NCBI RefSeq assembly: GCF_965363235.1
Contig: NC_134847.1
Span: 63,916,144 to 63,980,143, forward strand
Direction of reading: 5' to 3'
From: Mytilus galloprovincialis
Taxonomy: Eukaryota
Length of the DNA: 64,000 nt
Positions within the stretch are counted from its first letter, which is position 1; every line of letters starts with the position of its first letter. A model generated the notes under the pieces. The model was given only the letters and a program-made list of their open reading frames with translations, had not been told where the DNA came from and searched no databases. Positions 49,961-63,257 of this stretch are shown here, one piece after another. The position numbers were made by a program, and so were the translations under genes.

Positions 49961-52900
49961 CAGGGCCGTAAGTACCATTGAGGCAAATGAGGCAAATGCA
50001 TGCCTCATGCCGGAAATTAAAAAAAAAATGAAAAAAAAAGATTGTCTTTTATCAAATTGTTTTCACAGAAAGTGTCTTGCAAGAGGCAAGCTCTATTCAC
50101 TCCCTGATGTCGCCCCTGCATTTTTTCCGTGATCCATTTTCTATTTTACTTTTGGTTTTCGGAGTTGATGGTCTATTGTTTGTACTTCTGTGTCTCGGGT
50201 TTGTATTTGTTCTTTTATTGTCCTACTTTATGACTATAGTCTGAGTGTTGATTTTCATTTGTAAACGTGTGCAATGTTAATGTTGCATGTCTGATGTCCA
50301 GATATAGTGTGGGAAAATATTTTAAGAATATGCTCTACGACAAAAATTGTTGACTTGTATCTGCATGGATAATTGAACTTGATATCAAAGAATACAAAAC
50401 TGTCTTATTTGTATATTAAACCACAGGTCTGGGCATATGATACAGATATTTTTTTTATTTTTTTGTTGTTGATTAAGATATTCAATTTTCTATATATTAA
50501 TAATACATATCTATCACTTTTGTGCGTGTCTCACCTAGTTTCGAGTGATTTAAACGACTTAGAGAACTGAAATACCCAATTTTTCTTAGTATGGATGGTA
50601 AAATTGGGTATTTTCTCGGAGTCGTTTAAATCACTCGAAACTAGCTATATATAGGTGAGACATGCACAGAAGTGATAGAAGATATGTGTTATAAATATAG
50701 AAAAATGACTATTTTAATCGACAACAAAAAATAAAAAAAAAGATATCTGTATCATGTACCCAAGCGCCTATAGCTCTCATGGTTTAAATTAAAGTAAGAC
50801 CACCAATTTCCTGGTATCAAATTATTTAAAAAAAAAACCAACAATGTATTGCTATATGACCTTTTACATTGAAGGGTTAAACTTGCATTAAGTCGTGTTC
50901 AGACAGAAAATAAAGGAATATGGAGTAACCTTGCACGGGACCTAATCGCACACAAAGTCAATGCATAGAAAAAATACTAATGATCAATGGTCAAAATTTG
51001 TATTCCTATTCTTCATCTTGATAGTTGTTGGAGGGTCTTCAATAATAAAAGATTAGAATCATTAATTCTGTAAAAGAAGGTCAAGATGGTCCCTAGTGTC
51101 GACTTGAGCAGTACTAGTACTTAAAGTATAATACTGCACTGTCGCAAATTTAAATCTTGTCATTAAAAAAAATCATCAAAGTCAGCACAATACAAGACAA
51201 GAGCAGACAGACTGAACCGGTATTAATGATTATGAGAAATACGATTTTTACTTTATCCTACATATTGGTCTTTTTATGTTGCCCCTAAAACCTAAAATGA
51301 ATCTATGTTTTTGCTTTGAGACCAGAATATTATCGAAAAAAATAGCTAAAGATGATTTGCGTTTCAATATAAGAAAGAGTCCGTGGAATGCTCAGAATGC
51401 ACGAATTTGCGATATTTTTTCACAGTTTCTGGGGGCCTTGAGCAACCCCCAGACCCTTCGCCAAAAATTTTCAGCTTGCTCCGCTCGGCGAATATATTTT
51501 GCCTCACTATTAACAGTATATGGGCGTTTTTCAATAAAACCGTATTTTCTTGTCCCAGCCACTTTAAAAAAAAATATGTTTGATCTTTGCAAGTAATTTT
51601 TTGTGCAGTCAGTACATTGAATAAGATTTAACATTTTTAAGCAAAGAAACAGTTTATTTTTAGAGGAATTAATAAGATATTGACTCCTGAATGGTCCAAA
51701 ACAACCAAAATGGCATGTCCCTAGACCGCCTGTTCAACATTCATACTCTAAAATATCGTAAAAAAATGAAGAAATAAATGTTATTTTTACTTTACATAAG
51801 TTCTTTAATAATTCAAAAGTATGTTCAGTGCCAACATATTTTAATAAACAGCTTTAAATATCGGATTTTTAATTTCAGAAGGTGTGTCCCTCACAAAATG
51901 TCCACTACGAAACGAAGTCTTTAAAATTTGCCAATAAACAGTTTTATAAAATCAATGTAATTTTTGTTTGCAAGAGATATAAACATTAGGGTCTTACAAA
52001 AGAAGTGATGCTTTTATAACGGCAATTAAATTGTTGGTAAGAAAAATTGAGCACATCAAATGGACCAGAGTGATACCGTATTTTTGTTAATGTCCACTAC
52101 GAAACGGGTCAAATCTCCTTCAGTATCTGGTTTTAAAATTATGAAAAAAATATCAGTGTACAGCTTAATAAATGCTTTGATGAATACAATCAGTCTTGTT
52201 ACTATTGCAATATAGGGATTGTGGGGGAAAAAAATAAAACATGCGAATATGTCCCCTACGAAACGGTCCCCTACGAAACAAGTATGGGAGAAAAACGTTT
52301 CGTAGTGGACACTACCACTACCATGCAGTCTTTTTTTAATCTTTTTTCAATTATATTCGTGCAAAACAAATAACAAGGGTTAGTTTCATGTAATTTTTAT
52401 TATGTTTTTATTAACATATAATAGGGTTGATGTCAACTACGAAACTTTTTGTCCACTACGAAACGGTTTTGTCCACTACGTAACGCATCAAAATGTCCAC
52501 TACGTAACATGAGTTGAACCTTCATATGTAAAGTACTGTCTAATCTTTAACGTTAAAAATGGTTTTCCAATTCAGAAAAAATGAGATTTTCTAGTATTTA
52601 AAGTAAACAAACTGGAATGTCTATAGGAAGCATTTAAAATTGCAAAAAATATGTGTGTTTAGAAGAATTTTCGTAGAGGACAAAAGTCCCCTACGAAACA
52701 GTACACAAATTATGAAAATAATATCATTTCAAAGAATATTTAAGATTGCACTTTTTGTTTACAAACAGGTCTATAATAGAAGTATTCAAAATAACTCTTG
52801 AAATTAAATTTTAGACATGTCAAGTTGATTTTCCATTTTTTTAGGTCTGAAAGTTACGCTTTTATTGAAAAACGCCCATATATGTGTCAAGACATGTAGA

Positions 52901-54654
52901 TTCCGCACCCATAATATTCCAAATATAGTCAGTTTAACTTATTATTCATAGTATTAATTAAGTGACTCGAGAAATTCACATAATAAAATAACTCAAGCAG
53001 TTGCTGTTCAACCCATATGCAAATGATATCAAGAACCATGGACAATATGATTGATATGACGGATAGTAATGCCTCGCATACTGCGACGAAAAGGCGTGAC
53101 AAAAAAAAACGACAAAAAAATAGAAAAAGGTTGCCGAAATATTGAAGCTATAGAGTATATAAAGAACTTATAGAATAATCATATTCAAATCATATGCAAA
53201 ATAAATAAAGAATGGAGAAAAATTGTTAAAACAGGGCCGTAACTAGCCCCTTTTAATACTGAGGCAAAATATGTTTGCCGAGCGTAGCGAGGCGAATTTT
53301 TTTTTGGCGAGGGGCTTGGGGCCGCTTTTAAAGGCCCCCAGAAGCTCTGAGAAAAATAACGCAAAATCGTGCATTCTGAGCGTTTCCCGGACTCTTTCTT
53401 ACATAGAAACGCAAATAATTTTTAGCTATTTTTTCGACAAATCATAATTCTGGTCTCAAAGCAAAAACATAGATTCATTGTTATTTAAGACTTTTAGGGA
53501 AATTCAAAACATTAAAAGAGCGATATGTAGGATAAAGCAAAAATCGTAATTCTTATGATCATTAATACCGGATCTGTCTGTCTGTTCTTGTCTTGTATTG
53601 TGCTAACTTGAGATTTTTTATGACTAGATTTAAATATAGTGACAGTCATTAGTGCAGTAATATACGTTAAATACTAGTACTGCTCAAGGCGACACTAGGG
53701 ACCATATTGACCTTGTTTTACGGTATTTATGATTCTTTCATAATGGAAGACCCTCCAGCAACTATCAAGATGAAGAACAGGAATAAAAACTTTGACCATT
53801 GATCATTTGTATTTTTTTCTATACATTGACATTGTGTGCGATTAGCTCCCGTGCACGTGTACTTCATATTCCTTTATTTTCTGTTAAAGGGTCTAAACAA
53901 GAATTAATGCAAATTTAACCCTTGAATGTAAAAGGTCATATGGCAATACATTGATGTTTTTTTCAACAAATGATTTGATACCGGGAAATTGGTGGTCTTA
54001 CTTTAATTTAAACCATGTCAGCTATCTAGTTTTATCCACAGGTGCTTGGGTATATGATACAGTTTTTGTTGTTGTTTTGTTTGGTTATGATATTCAATTT
54101 TCTATATTTATAATACATATCTATCACTTCTGTGCATATCTCACCTACAGAAAATACCTAATTTTGCAATCCATCCTGAGAAAAATTGGGTATGGTTTTA
54201 TATACAAGAAAATCAGTTTCGCAGAAACGACCACTTTTTTCTGTGTCCAGTAGCATCGTATATTCTTAAAATATTTTCTCGCATAATGCCTGGACATCGG
54301 TGGACATGCAACATTACACAGTGTGACACGTTTACAAATGAAAATCAACACTCAGACTAGTCATTAAGTAGGAGAATAAATGAACAAAGACAAACCCGGG
54401 ACACAGAAGTAAAAACAATAGACCATCAACTCTGAAAACCAAAAGTAAAATAGAAACATGGATTACGAAAAATATGCAGGGGCGACATCAGAGAGTGAAG
54501 AGAACTTGCTTCTTGCAAGACACTTTCAGTGAAAACAATTTGATGTGAAGACAATCATATGAAGAAAATCTTTTGTTTTTGTTTTAGTTTTTTTTTTTTG
54601 AAATTTAAAACATGAGGCATTTGCCTCATTTGCCTCAATGTAGTTACGGCCCTG
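49961..54654. mobile_element. 4.7-kb long-TIR palindromic non-autonomous element (termini CAGGGCCGTAAGTAC...GTAGTTACGGCCCTG) with a 5-bp TSD ACAAC
   Basis: The outer arms 49961..50385 and 54225..54654 are reverse complements. Nested inverted arms lie at 50760..51600 and 53230..54020. An internal hairpin module occupies 50400..50575 / 50585..50760 and is repeated directly at 54035..54180. The core 51600..53230 is unique. The element sits inside a family B SINE copy, with ACAAC duplicated at 49956..49960 and 54655..54659. Intact SINE copies carry a single ACAAC at the corresponding site. Confidence 0.75.
51890..52710. other. Cluster of at least 9 copies of a 14-nt motif GTCCACTACGAAAC (variants GTCCCCTACGAAAC, GTCAACTACGAAAC, GTCCACTACGTAAC) in both orientations
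   Basis: Occurrences are near 51899, 52092, 52252, 52268, 52297 (reverse complement CGTTTCGTAGTGGAC), 52430, 52449, 52471, 52496 and 52685. All lie in the unique core of the 4.7-kb long-TIR element. Confidence 0.6.
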
Positions 54655-54760
54655 ACAACTGTCATATTTTTACTTGGTACAGGCTTTTCCTCATGTAGAT
54701 TATTATGGCTTAGCTAGCTAAACCTCTAACTTGTATGACAGTCGCAAAATCTGCATTATT
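54655..54760 (+). mobile_element. Family B repeat, right half of the split copy
   Basis: Sequence: ACAACTGTCATATTTTTACTTGGTACAGGC...GCTAGCTAAACCTCTAACTTGTATGACAGTCGCAAAATC. Confidence 0.7.
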
Positions 54761-55569
54761 TTAACAGCAATGTGTGAGCAAAATAAACAGACATAATTGG
54801 TAAAATTGTCAAAATTTGGGGTACACCAGTCAACAGTGCGTTATAATATTTATCACTATAAAAACAAATAACTATATTTCAAGGGAGAAAAATAAAATGG
54901 CATATTCATTCTATAAATAAGTACCGTGATAAGCAAACTTGAAAGACAAGAATACAAAAAAAAAATGACTATAGCACAATAACAAAATGTCGGGATGTAT
55001 AAAAACTGAGCCAGACAAAAAGCATATTACCAAAACTGGACAAAACAGTAAAAGTTTTAAAAAAATATACAAAGACAATTTAAAACACTATAAAACGTAA
55101 TAAGGACGATAAAGAATATCAGTACTTGACTTCAAGATCATCATGTAATATTTGTTAAGTTAATACGGAATATTTATGAAAAAAAGGTTAAGTATCTTCT
55201 GATGATATTGTTTAAAAAAAAGGACGATACGTTCTTTGACACAACTCTAGATCATCAAATCTCTGCTTGGACACTGATGGCATTTTAGTAGCTGCAAGCT
55301 CTCAAATACCAAATAAACGACTAAATGTATATCCCATATACAGATGGATTTGGAATAGTAAGGTGGGGGGAATTAATAGTTTTAAAATAAATATTGTCTC
55401 GTTGTCATAGATTCTGATTCCCGCTAGTGTCAAATTTGAGTTATATATCAGTCTAAAAATGAGGCAGAGGAAGCATTATAAGTTATATATCATAACTACA
55501 CTGCGGTAGTTATAATATATAGGAATAGATTACCTTAGCTGTATTTGGCAAAACTTTTAGGAATTTTTG

Positions 55570-55720
55570 GTCCTTAATGCTCTTCAACTTCGTACTTTGT
55601 TTGGCCTTTTTACATTTTTTGATTCGAGCGTCACTGATGAGTCTTTTGTAGACGAAACGCGCGTCTGGGGTAAATATAAAATTTTAATCCTGGTATCTAT
55701 GATGAGTTTATATATAAACT
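55570..55720 (+). mobile_element. Family B repeat, 5' portion
   Basis: Sequence: AATGCTCTTCAACTTCGTACTTTGTTTGG...GATTCGAGCGTCACTGATGAGTCTTTTGTAGACGAAACGCGCGTCTGGGGTAAATAT...TTAATCCTGGTATCTATGATGAGTTTAT. Confidence 0.6.
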
Positions 55721-56271
55721 TTGTTTGAATTTTAGTTCAACTTTTCTAGATTGGCAAATTTGTGGTTTTAAAAATCTAGTGTCATGGTCTCAGCTGTAAA
55801 CCCATGATTTTTTGACATCGACGCAAAACCACCTGCACTGTTTCCAGTGCCCAAGTCCACGTAATCTACTAGACGATACGAAATATAGCGTTCGTACGTT
55901 AAAAAAAAGGCTATCTCCGTTGTCTTCTAGAGTTGGAACACACTGCATGATTTTGATGGCATACTTTGCAAATCTATGTTTTATCTGTCATCAAGAATAT
56001 ACGTATCACTGGATCCTTGTTCTCTCATTGTGTGCATTTATGCCAACTTCAAATAATATAATGGTTTTAACAAATAATTATGAAATATCATACAAAATAG
56101 ACAATAATTTGGATATCATTTATAAATGCAAGAGAGGATGTACAAAATTGATGAACAGTATTTTATCGAAATGTGCTTTAAATGTAAGCACCTAGCGAGT
56201 AATACACGCTTGGATTGAACCTGTTCTTACAGAGTTTCTGCGTTTGTATACTATAGTTAATAAAACTATTC

Positions 56272-56545
56272 CTAGTCTTTTTTCGGTTTCCTCTCTAACC
56301 ATTTGTCGATTTCTATACTTGAATGAACACAACAGTACATGACAAACAAGTTTGTTAACCACGACTTCATCGAACCTGTAATGAAGACAAGCTTTTTTAA
56401 ACAAAGATGTCGCTGTCTCAAACCTTCAAAAAATAAACGATATCCCCCCAAAAAAGATATGAAAGTAAGAATTACTAGTATTACCCTCACAATGAAAACG
56501 AATGTCGGATCTGAGTACCATAACGTATTTAAAATATATAATATA
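56272..56545 (-). CDS. HHAT-like candidate terminal coding exon (stop TAG at 56274..56272)
   Basis: The minus-strand frame reads ILYILNTLWYSDPTFVFIVRVILVILTFISFLGGYRLFFEGLRQRHLCLKKLVFITGSMKSWLTNLFVMYCCVHSSIEIDKWLERKPKKD*. The block VILVILTFISFLGG aligns to the human HHAT C-terminal region LILSNLVFLGG. The acceptor is uncertain: either ccaaag|T at 56545 or ctcag|A at 56510. Phase does not join exon B directly, so at least one intervening exon is missing. Confidence 0.45.
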
Positions 56546-59417
56546 CTTTGGTTTTAAATTGAAACTTATTCCCATACCTTGAATTTGATTTCAAAATTCA
56601 ATTCAATTCAAAAACAGTATCATATCAAAGAGAAAGAGAGTTTTATGATGGCAAATACGTCATAATAGTATTCGATACAGTCAGTTTTACGGTTGCCTTA
56701 CACAGAAGGGACAAAAACAAGATAATTTATATAAAAAAAAACACAACACAAGTAAAACGTTTAATCAAGTACAGGAAAACGATTGAAAAGAAAGAACGAA
56801 AATACAAAAACAAAGTTGAATTTGTTTAAAGGCCTTAAAGATAAACAAACGACGGGTTCCACATGTGGAACAGGATCTGCTCACCCTTCCGGAGCACCTG
56901 TGATCACCCTAAGTTTTTGATGGGGTTCGTGTTTCTTAGTCTTTAGTTTTCCAGGTTGTGTCTTGTGTACTATTATTTGTCTTTTTGTCTTTTTCTTTTT
57001 TAGCCATGTCGTTGTCAGCTTATTTTCGATCTATAAGTTTGGGTGACTGTCCCTATGGTATCTTTCGTCACATTTTCATTGACTGCATTCTAATGTTCAA
57101 TTCATAATTTATAAGTTATAAATTTGAAAGTAAAAAAAGTTTTGCTGTCTTTAACTAATGATGTTCGTTGTTATTCTTCGGTTTACATGTTACTAAATTG
57201 TACTATTATATTGTTTATTTGTGCGTTTCTCTGTAGTGAGTGTTCAGGATTGTGTTTGCTTGTACTATATTCCTGTCACGTAGTGTTGTTATAAAATTGA
57301 TGAATTCTAGAAAACAGTCTTTCTCTAGTTATTTAGCGCGTCTTTGTGAATTTTTCATATTCGTTTGTATTTGGTAAGTAAAAAAATATTTGGAAGCTTA
57401 CCTTTTACAATAATAGTCTGATAATAAATGTTTCCTATACTGCTCCCTCCAATGAAACAGAAAGCAGATAAGATTGACATAATAGCTATCGGCGCTGAAA
57501 CAAAGCACTGTATTCTTCTGTAGGCAGCGGGCATGGATGTTTTCTAAAAAAATGATAATATGACTTTCAAATTTACATTGTTTGTATCGAGGTATTTAGT
57601 GTACTTATAAAACTATATTTCATTGTACATGTTCGACATTTTTATACAACCACAAAATGCGGTCGTAAATTGGTATCCTGTGCGAAGACAGATGGTTTCC
57701 GGATAATAACTTTAGTAAAATAAATAGAAATCAATAAAATTATAACACAATGTTTATAACCACAAAAGGAAGTTTAGGATTGATTTTTGGGGGTTATGGT
57801 CCCGCCTTAATCTAGAGTGTCAGTACAAAAAGTTGTGTATTAGTATTTCAATTGTTCTGAAATTGTACCACAATGTTTCATACCATAAGTAGAAGGTTGG
57901 GATATATTTTGTGGCAAACATTCTAGGAATTAAGGGCCAAAACGTCCAGAATGGTTATTGAATAACCTAAAACCAATGCTTTATGATATCTTCTTTGAAA
58001 ATTAGAGTTATCTTTCTTTGTTCAGAATAGTAGTTTAATCAACTTTAATCAATGCTATTTATACAATATACAATGCAATATTCACTTTACTACCAACTGA
58101 TAAATTAAAGCAGTCATTAATTACCATTCAGTGATTACAAGCACTTTGATTATCATTCTAGGGTTATGCCCTTTTACAAATGGAAAGATTGAAGAATTTT
58201 TTATTTTCTGATCTCTTAACTAAGTTTGTCTCCACTAAATTAAATGAAATGTGTATATAAGGCTTATTACCTCTAAACTTAGTTTAAGTTTAATATTTGG
58301 CAGCTTCACTTTTACAGTTCTTGATTTATGTCCCTTTATAACGTTATATGCTAGCGGGGGCATCATCTTTGTCCCTTTGGACACATTCCCCATTTATTTT
58401 TTTTAGAAGTTACTATTAATTATTATTAATTTTAACATAGACTGTATGACATTTTATATTTTAATATTTTATGATGTATTTAAATGAGTAGTTATTGTTG
58501 CAAACTCCATTAGAAATTTGAATTGAGATCATCTTTGAATAAGGAAAAGGGGGAGGTGAAAAAAAATTTGGGGAGGGGGGTCAATTTTTCTCATTTCTGA
58601 AATTTTTTTTGAAAGGATTTTAAATATTCAACAGCATAGTGAATTGCTCCAAAGCAAAACAAATATTTTAAGTTCATTAGACCACATTCATTTTGTTTCA
58701 GAAACCTAAGCTTAGTCAACTATTTAATCACAATCCAAATTCAGAGCTGTTTGCAGCTTGAATGTTGTGTCCATACTAGCCCCAACCGTTCAGGGTTCGA
58801 CCTCTGCAGTCATATAAAACTGCGCCCTGTGGAGCATCTGGTCCATTCATTTGTTTATTTCTTAATTTGTGTGAATTAACATTGTTACAGTAAATGATAA
58901 TTACTACACTTTCATACCATAACAAATATTGTATTGGTACATGTATCACTTATATTTGTATCCATATAACAAACAAAAAATGAAAAGGAATAACTTTGCA
59001 TTACCTTTTGAATACTATGACTTTTTAGATATTTAGACATATTAATACTAATAAAGTAGATGTTGATAATATTGGCTTGACATGCTTGAAATTCTATCAG
59101 ATTACTTTTGGAGCAGTTATGAGTCTTTGAAGCATGCTCACAAAAGTTCTTTTGATGAAATCATTTTCATATTAGTCAAAATTTTCTTTACTTCGACCAG
59201 CTTTGGAGGAGATATAATCAAAGAATTGATATAAATCAGCACAGAAGTTTACTTCCTAGCTCATCTATCCCCAAGCATCATGTCAGGCATTGTCATTACT
59301 AAAAACCAATAAATGTATTCTAATCTGAGGAACAATTGAACATTTTAACAAAATTTTAACTAATGATACCGACGATCCACCACAAAGTAATATAAATAGA
59401 ACCATACCAATAGTAAG

Positions 59418-59700
59418 CAATTACATATGGTATGATTGCCAATGAGACAATTCTCCACAAGAGATCAAATCGACACAGAAATTAACAACTACATGTCACT
59501 GTACGGGGATAAACCAGCAAAGTCAATACCGCATAATCAGCTATAAAAGGCCCCGAAATGACAATGTAAAACAATTCAAGCGAAAAAACTAATGGCCTTA
59601 TTTTTTATCAAAAAAATAAACAAAAAACTAATATGTAACACATAAACAAACGACAACCACTGAATTACAGGCTCCTTATATCATGTTCTCAAAACTAGAT
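59418..59700 (+). mobile_element. Family A repeat, diverged partial copy
   Basis: It begins GGTATGATTGCCAATGAGACAATTCTCCAC and continues ...CAGCTATAAAAGGCCCCGAAATGACAATGTAAAACAATTCAAGCGAAAAAACTAATGGCCTTAT...CATAAACAAACGACAACCACTGA. The block order matches family A. Confidence 0.55.
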
Positions 59701-60372
59701 ATCATGTCCCATTTAGAAAAAAAACACGTGAAAAAAGAACCTAGCTATTATGTGTTGCTCTCCTAGCTACAAAATGTATCCAAAATCAAAGATGTAGAAC
59801 ATATTATATCATAATAATTTGGTAACTAATGTAATTACTGTCTCCTACATGCCTTGGACATAATTTTTTTTAATAAATAACACTCCTAATGCTCAGATTG
59901 GTTGTCATCGTGCAACACAGTTAATAACACCATATAGGAAAAACATAGAACTCTTTGTCATAAGACACTGTCAAACATCCAAACATACTATCCACACTCA
60001 TCTGTGTCCACACTTGTTAGTGTACTTAAAATAATTAAACTAAGGAGTAATTACTTATGACTTTTATAATATAAATATCAGATTCATAACTTTGCATATT
60101 GTTCGTTTACAAACTTTTTAATGGCTTTGAAACTGGAAAGTTTTCAAAACGGTTTGCAAATTTCTGAGTATATTTCGAATGGTGATTTCCAGATGCTTAT
60201 ATCTGTAATGTTGTCAAAAACCTTCTCCTCTTAAACCTCTTTATCAAAATTTAATAATGATTGTTCATTTGAAAAAGAAGAAAAAAATATACTTTCAATT
60301 TTCAATTTCAATCAAAATTTATAAAAAAAAAATTGGAAGTGTTGAAGTATAAGGACGAAATTGGGAACTTAC

Positions 60373-60606
60373 AAAGTGAAACACGGCAGTTTGTTTATCT
60401 ACCCAGCTACCAAACACTTCCAGTGAGATACCAATAAAGTTAAGTAATGTCCAAATAAATATGTAGTATTCTGTACCGTGCCAAATGAACACAAATATAA
60501 AACAGGATGCTGAACACACTAGTCTCTGTAAAGTATTTCCTTTAGAGCCTCCGAGAGGTACATATATATACCTGTAATAATGAGTTAAATAATAGTTAAG
60601 TGTATA
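60373..60606 (-). CDS. HHAT-like coding exon with the MBOAT catalytic-His region (YIYVPLGG ... FIWHG ... LNFIG)
   Basis: An open frame directly follows the tag at 60618..60616. The translation is YTLNYYLTHYYRYIYVPLGGSKGNTLQRLVCSASCFIFVFIWHGTEYYIFIWTLLNFIGISLEVFGSWVDKQTAVFHF. It is collinear with human HHAT YFDVGLHNFLIRYVYIPVGG...AFVSYWHG...LNWLGVTVE. The donor is CACTTT|GTAAGT at 60373. The acceptor is ambiguous: either tattacag|TAT at 60606 (phase 0) or cattattacag|G at 60571. Confidence 0.7.
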
Positions 60607-62029
60607 CTGTAATATCTATCAGTGGAACTCAGAAGCACAAATATATATATGTTATAATAACACTTTATTTTAGACAAAACCCAACACCCTTGATATTAAA
60701 ACTGTACTCAGTCGCCTTTTGCAGATAATTACATAATATGGGTGTTCTCAGAGTTGGAGGCCACTTACGGTGACATATAGTTACTTTCAACGTCATTTTA
60801 ACTCTGCTGGTTAGTTTTCTCAATGACTTTCGTCATGATCGTACCACATCTTATTGTATACAAATAAGAGTTCTATCCATCATAAACTAACAGTGTTGTT
60901 ACAAAACGATAGACACCATTGACGTGACATTATTGGTCGGTCGATGATTATTTCAGTGTATCCAAAGTAATGGTAGATTTATCTTCAGTGCTTCTTGTCA
61001 TTTTAAACATTACCTTATTTGAAATATTATCGGATATGACCAACTACCAAAATGTGGAGTTCTAATGCTGAGATTGATACGCTTATATTTGAAAGCAGTT
61101 AAAGTTTATGTTGACAGTATTATGCATTGCTTTAAGGTCGTGTGTGCTGTTTTTGATATATATAGCTTTGAGTCCGTCTGTTTTTGTTGGTCCGTGCATC
61201 TGTCTCATTGATTTTGCTTTGTCACATTCGTTTATTGTTTATTGCATTTTCTAGTTTTCCAGTTTTAAAATGCGTATACCCAAAATATAATTCAATGAAG
61301 AAAAAAATATGTATGAATTACCCTACCAACCTTTTGATAAAATTGTACATCCCTCTGTCAAAGCACCTACAAATACAAAATGTATTGCCTAAAATAAAGT
61401 CAAAATCTCTGGTAAAATCAAAATCAATAGATAAAAGTTGCTGCGAGAACCGAATTTTATCTAATCTATTATTATTCACTTTATAAAAAGAAGTTTTTTT
61501 TTGTTTTTTTTTTAACTTTGATATACAAATATATATGTCCTTTTACTTCTATGCTGTTTTCTGAGGTTTAATTCCTTAATGTGTGTGTCAATCATCACTA
61601 CCTCATAAAATATCCTGGAATTACTTTATTCAAATTATTATTCTTCTGTTTCAATGAATTGCAACAGGTTCTTTTTGACACCCGTTAGCGTATCTAGATA
61701 TGTAGAGTGAACAATACGAATAAGGGTAAACTCATAACTTTTTATGAAAATGGATAGAAAAAGTAATAAGGGATGATTATTTTACAATTTTTTATAACCA
61801 GTTTTTAGAAGTCTAATCAACAGAATGTAGAAAATAGTTGTCTTAAATCTTGGATAAAACAAACGATGAAGCTTCTAATATACTCTTTCACTTTCTTTTA
61901 ATTAATCAATCAATTAGTTGAAAAGTAGGTACAAAATATAAACAACATACCGATTGATACACAAACGGCTTATATTCAAGTGTTGAATTAATCTCATCCC
62001 CCAAAAATATAAAAACCTAATTTCTTACT

Positions 62030-62355
62030 TCCACATATCAGAGTATTTGTAAATATGTCCTACGTAATTAGGTCCTTCTGGTGGAACAATGCCACAAATC
62101 CTGGCCACTACAGACGGCAGACCAAATAACACCCAGTATTTTATCATAAAGAAATGGCCTTGACAATATCCAATTCCCCATAAAGTCCACTGGTCAATGT
62201 TTTCTAGAGTAGACACATTATTTTGAAATGCATTGACATATAAGAAGTGAAGAATGAATTCAATGAAAAATGTCCAGAATATCACCCTTGTTGCTTGGAA
62301 TGCTATAGATTTCAGTTCCGATGCTTTTAAAGTTTTCTTTTCGGATTCGTTCATC
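62030..62355 (-). CDS. HHAT-like (hedgehog acyltransferase-like, MBOAT family) internal coding exon
   Basis: The acceptor is tttatttttag|ATG. The track ORF 62025..62354 is offset by 1 nt from my count on the printed sequence. It encodes MNESEKKTLKASELKSIAFQATRVIFWTFFIEFILHFLYVNAFQNNVSTLENIDQWTLWGIGYCQGHFFMIKYWVLFGLPSVVARICGIVPPEGPNYVGHIYKYSDMWK. This is collinear with the human HHAT region ...DSLKASL...LGGLALAQVLFFYVKYLVLFGVPALL...RCVSTMFSFTGMWR. The donor is TGGAA|GTAAGA. Confidence 0.75.
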
Positions 62356-62465
62356 TAAAAATAAAATAAATTGTTAATACTTGCTATTTTTGTGGATTTT
62401 GCCATTTAATTTACACAAAAAATAGCGCTCTTTGTTTGGGTAAACACTTCGCAAAAACATTAATA

Positions 62466-62520
62466 ATACTTGGATGGAGAGTTGTCTCATTGGCACTCAT
62501 ACCACATCTTCCTATATCTA
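62466..62520 (-). mobile_element. Family A repeat, 55-bp 5'-terminal fragment (reverse orientation)
   Basis: GGAGAGTTGTCTCATTGGCACTCATACCACATCTTCCTATAT is the exact reverse complement of the family A 5' end. Confidence 0.6.
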
Positions 62521-62652
62521 TATCATGAATGTAAAGGCATAATGTACGAACCATACTAGACAGATACATGTACTAACATACCTAGAAAAGTAAATACACC
62601 AACCGTCCTCAACCCCTGACTTTTATTTAGAACTGTACCAGGCTTTGCTCCA

Positions 62653-62745
62653 GTGATTGTAAGTGTTTACTGCCATACATATATTGTAACTGTTTACTGC
62701 CATACATATATTGTAATTGTTTACTGCCATACATACATTTTACGT
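62653..62745. repeat. 27-bp minisatellite, short proximal block (about 3.5 units TGTTTACTGCCATACATATATTGTAAC)
   Basis: Direct tandem copies. It is related to the large array at 63258 onward. Confidence 0.75.
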
Positions 62746-63257
62746 GACATATATTGTAAAAGAGGGACGGAAGATACCAGAGGGACAGTCAAACTCATAA
62801 ATCAAAAAAAAAAACTGACAACGCCATGGCTAAAAAAGAAAAGGACAAACAGACAAATATAGTACACATGACACAACATAGAAAAATAAAAAATAAACAA
62901 GACGAACCACACCAAAAACTAGGGGTAATCTCAGGTGATCCGGAAGGGTAAGCAGATCCTGCTCCACATGTGGCACCCGTCGTGTTGCTTATGAGATAAC
63001 AAATCCCGTAAAGAACTTATTCGATATCATTTGTGAAACGGTTATTCTATAACGGTCAACCAACTCGTGATGGCGTCCGTAAAATTTACGAAGAGATGAT
63101 TTCAACTTCACCATTTGGAACTCTTGATTTAATAGCTTCCTTGTGAGCAACAACCCTTTATCAAGAAAAGCATAATAGGATGCAAGCACAGGAATATCGT
63201 ATCAATTGGGAGATATATACACCGTATGCAGACCATGTGCTACTGGAATGTTTCTAC

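Noticed and set aside
51276-51634. Overlapping ORFs of 66 to 106 aa on both strands
   Set aside because: They lie inside the inner inverted arm of the 4.7-kb long-TIR element, and the mirror copy at 53270..53560 carries the equivalent. No protein-like conservation was found.
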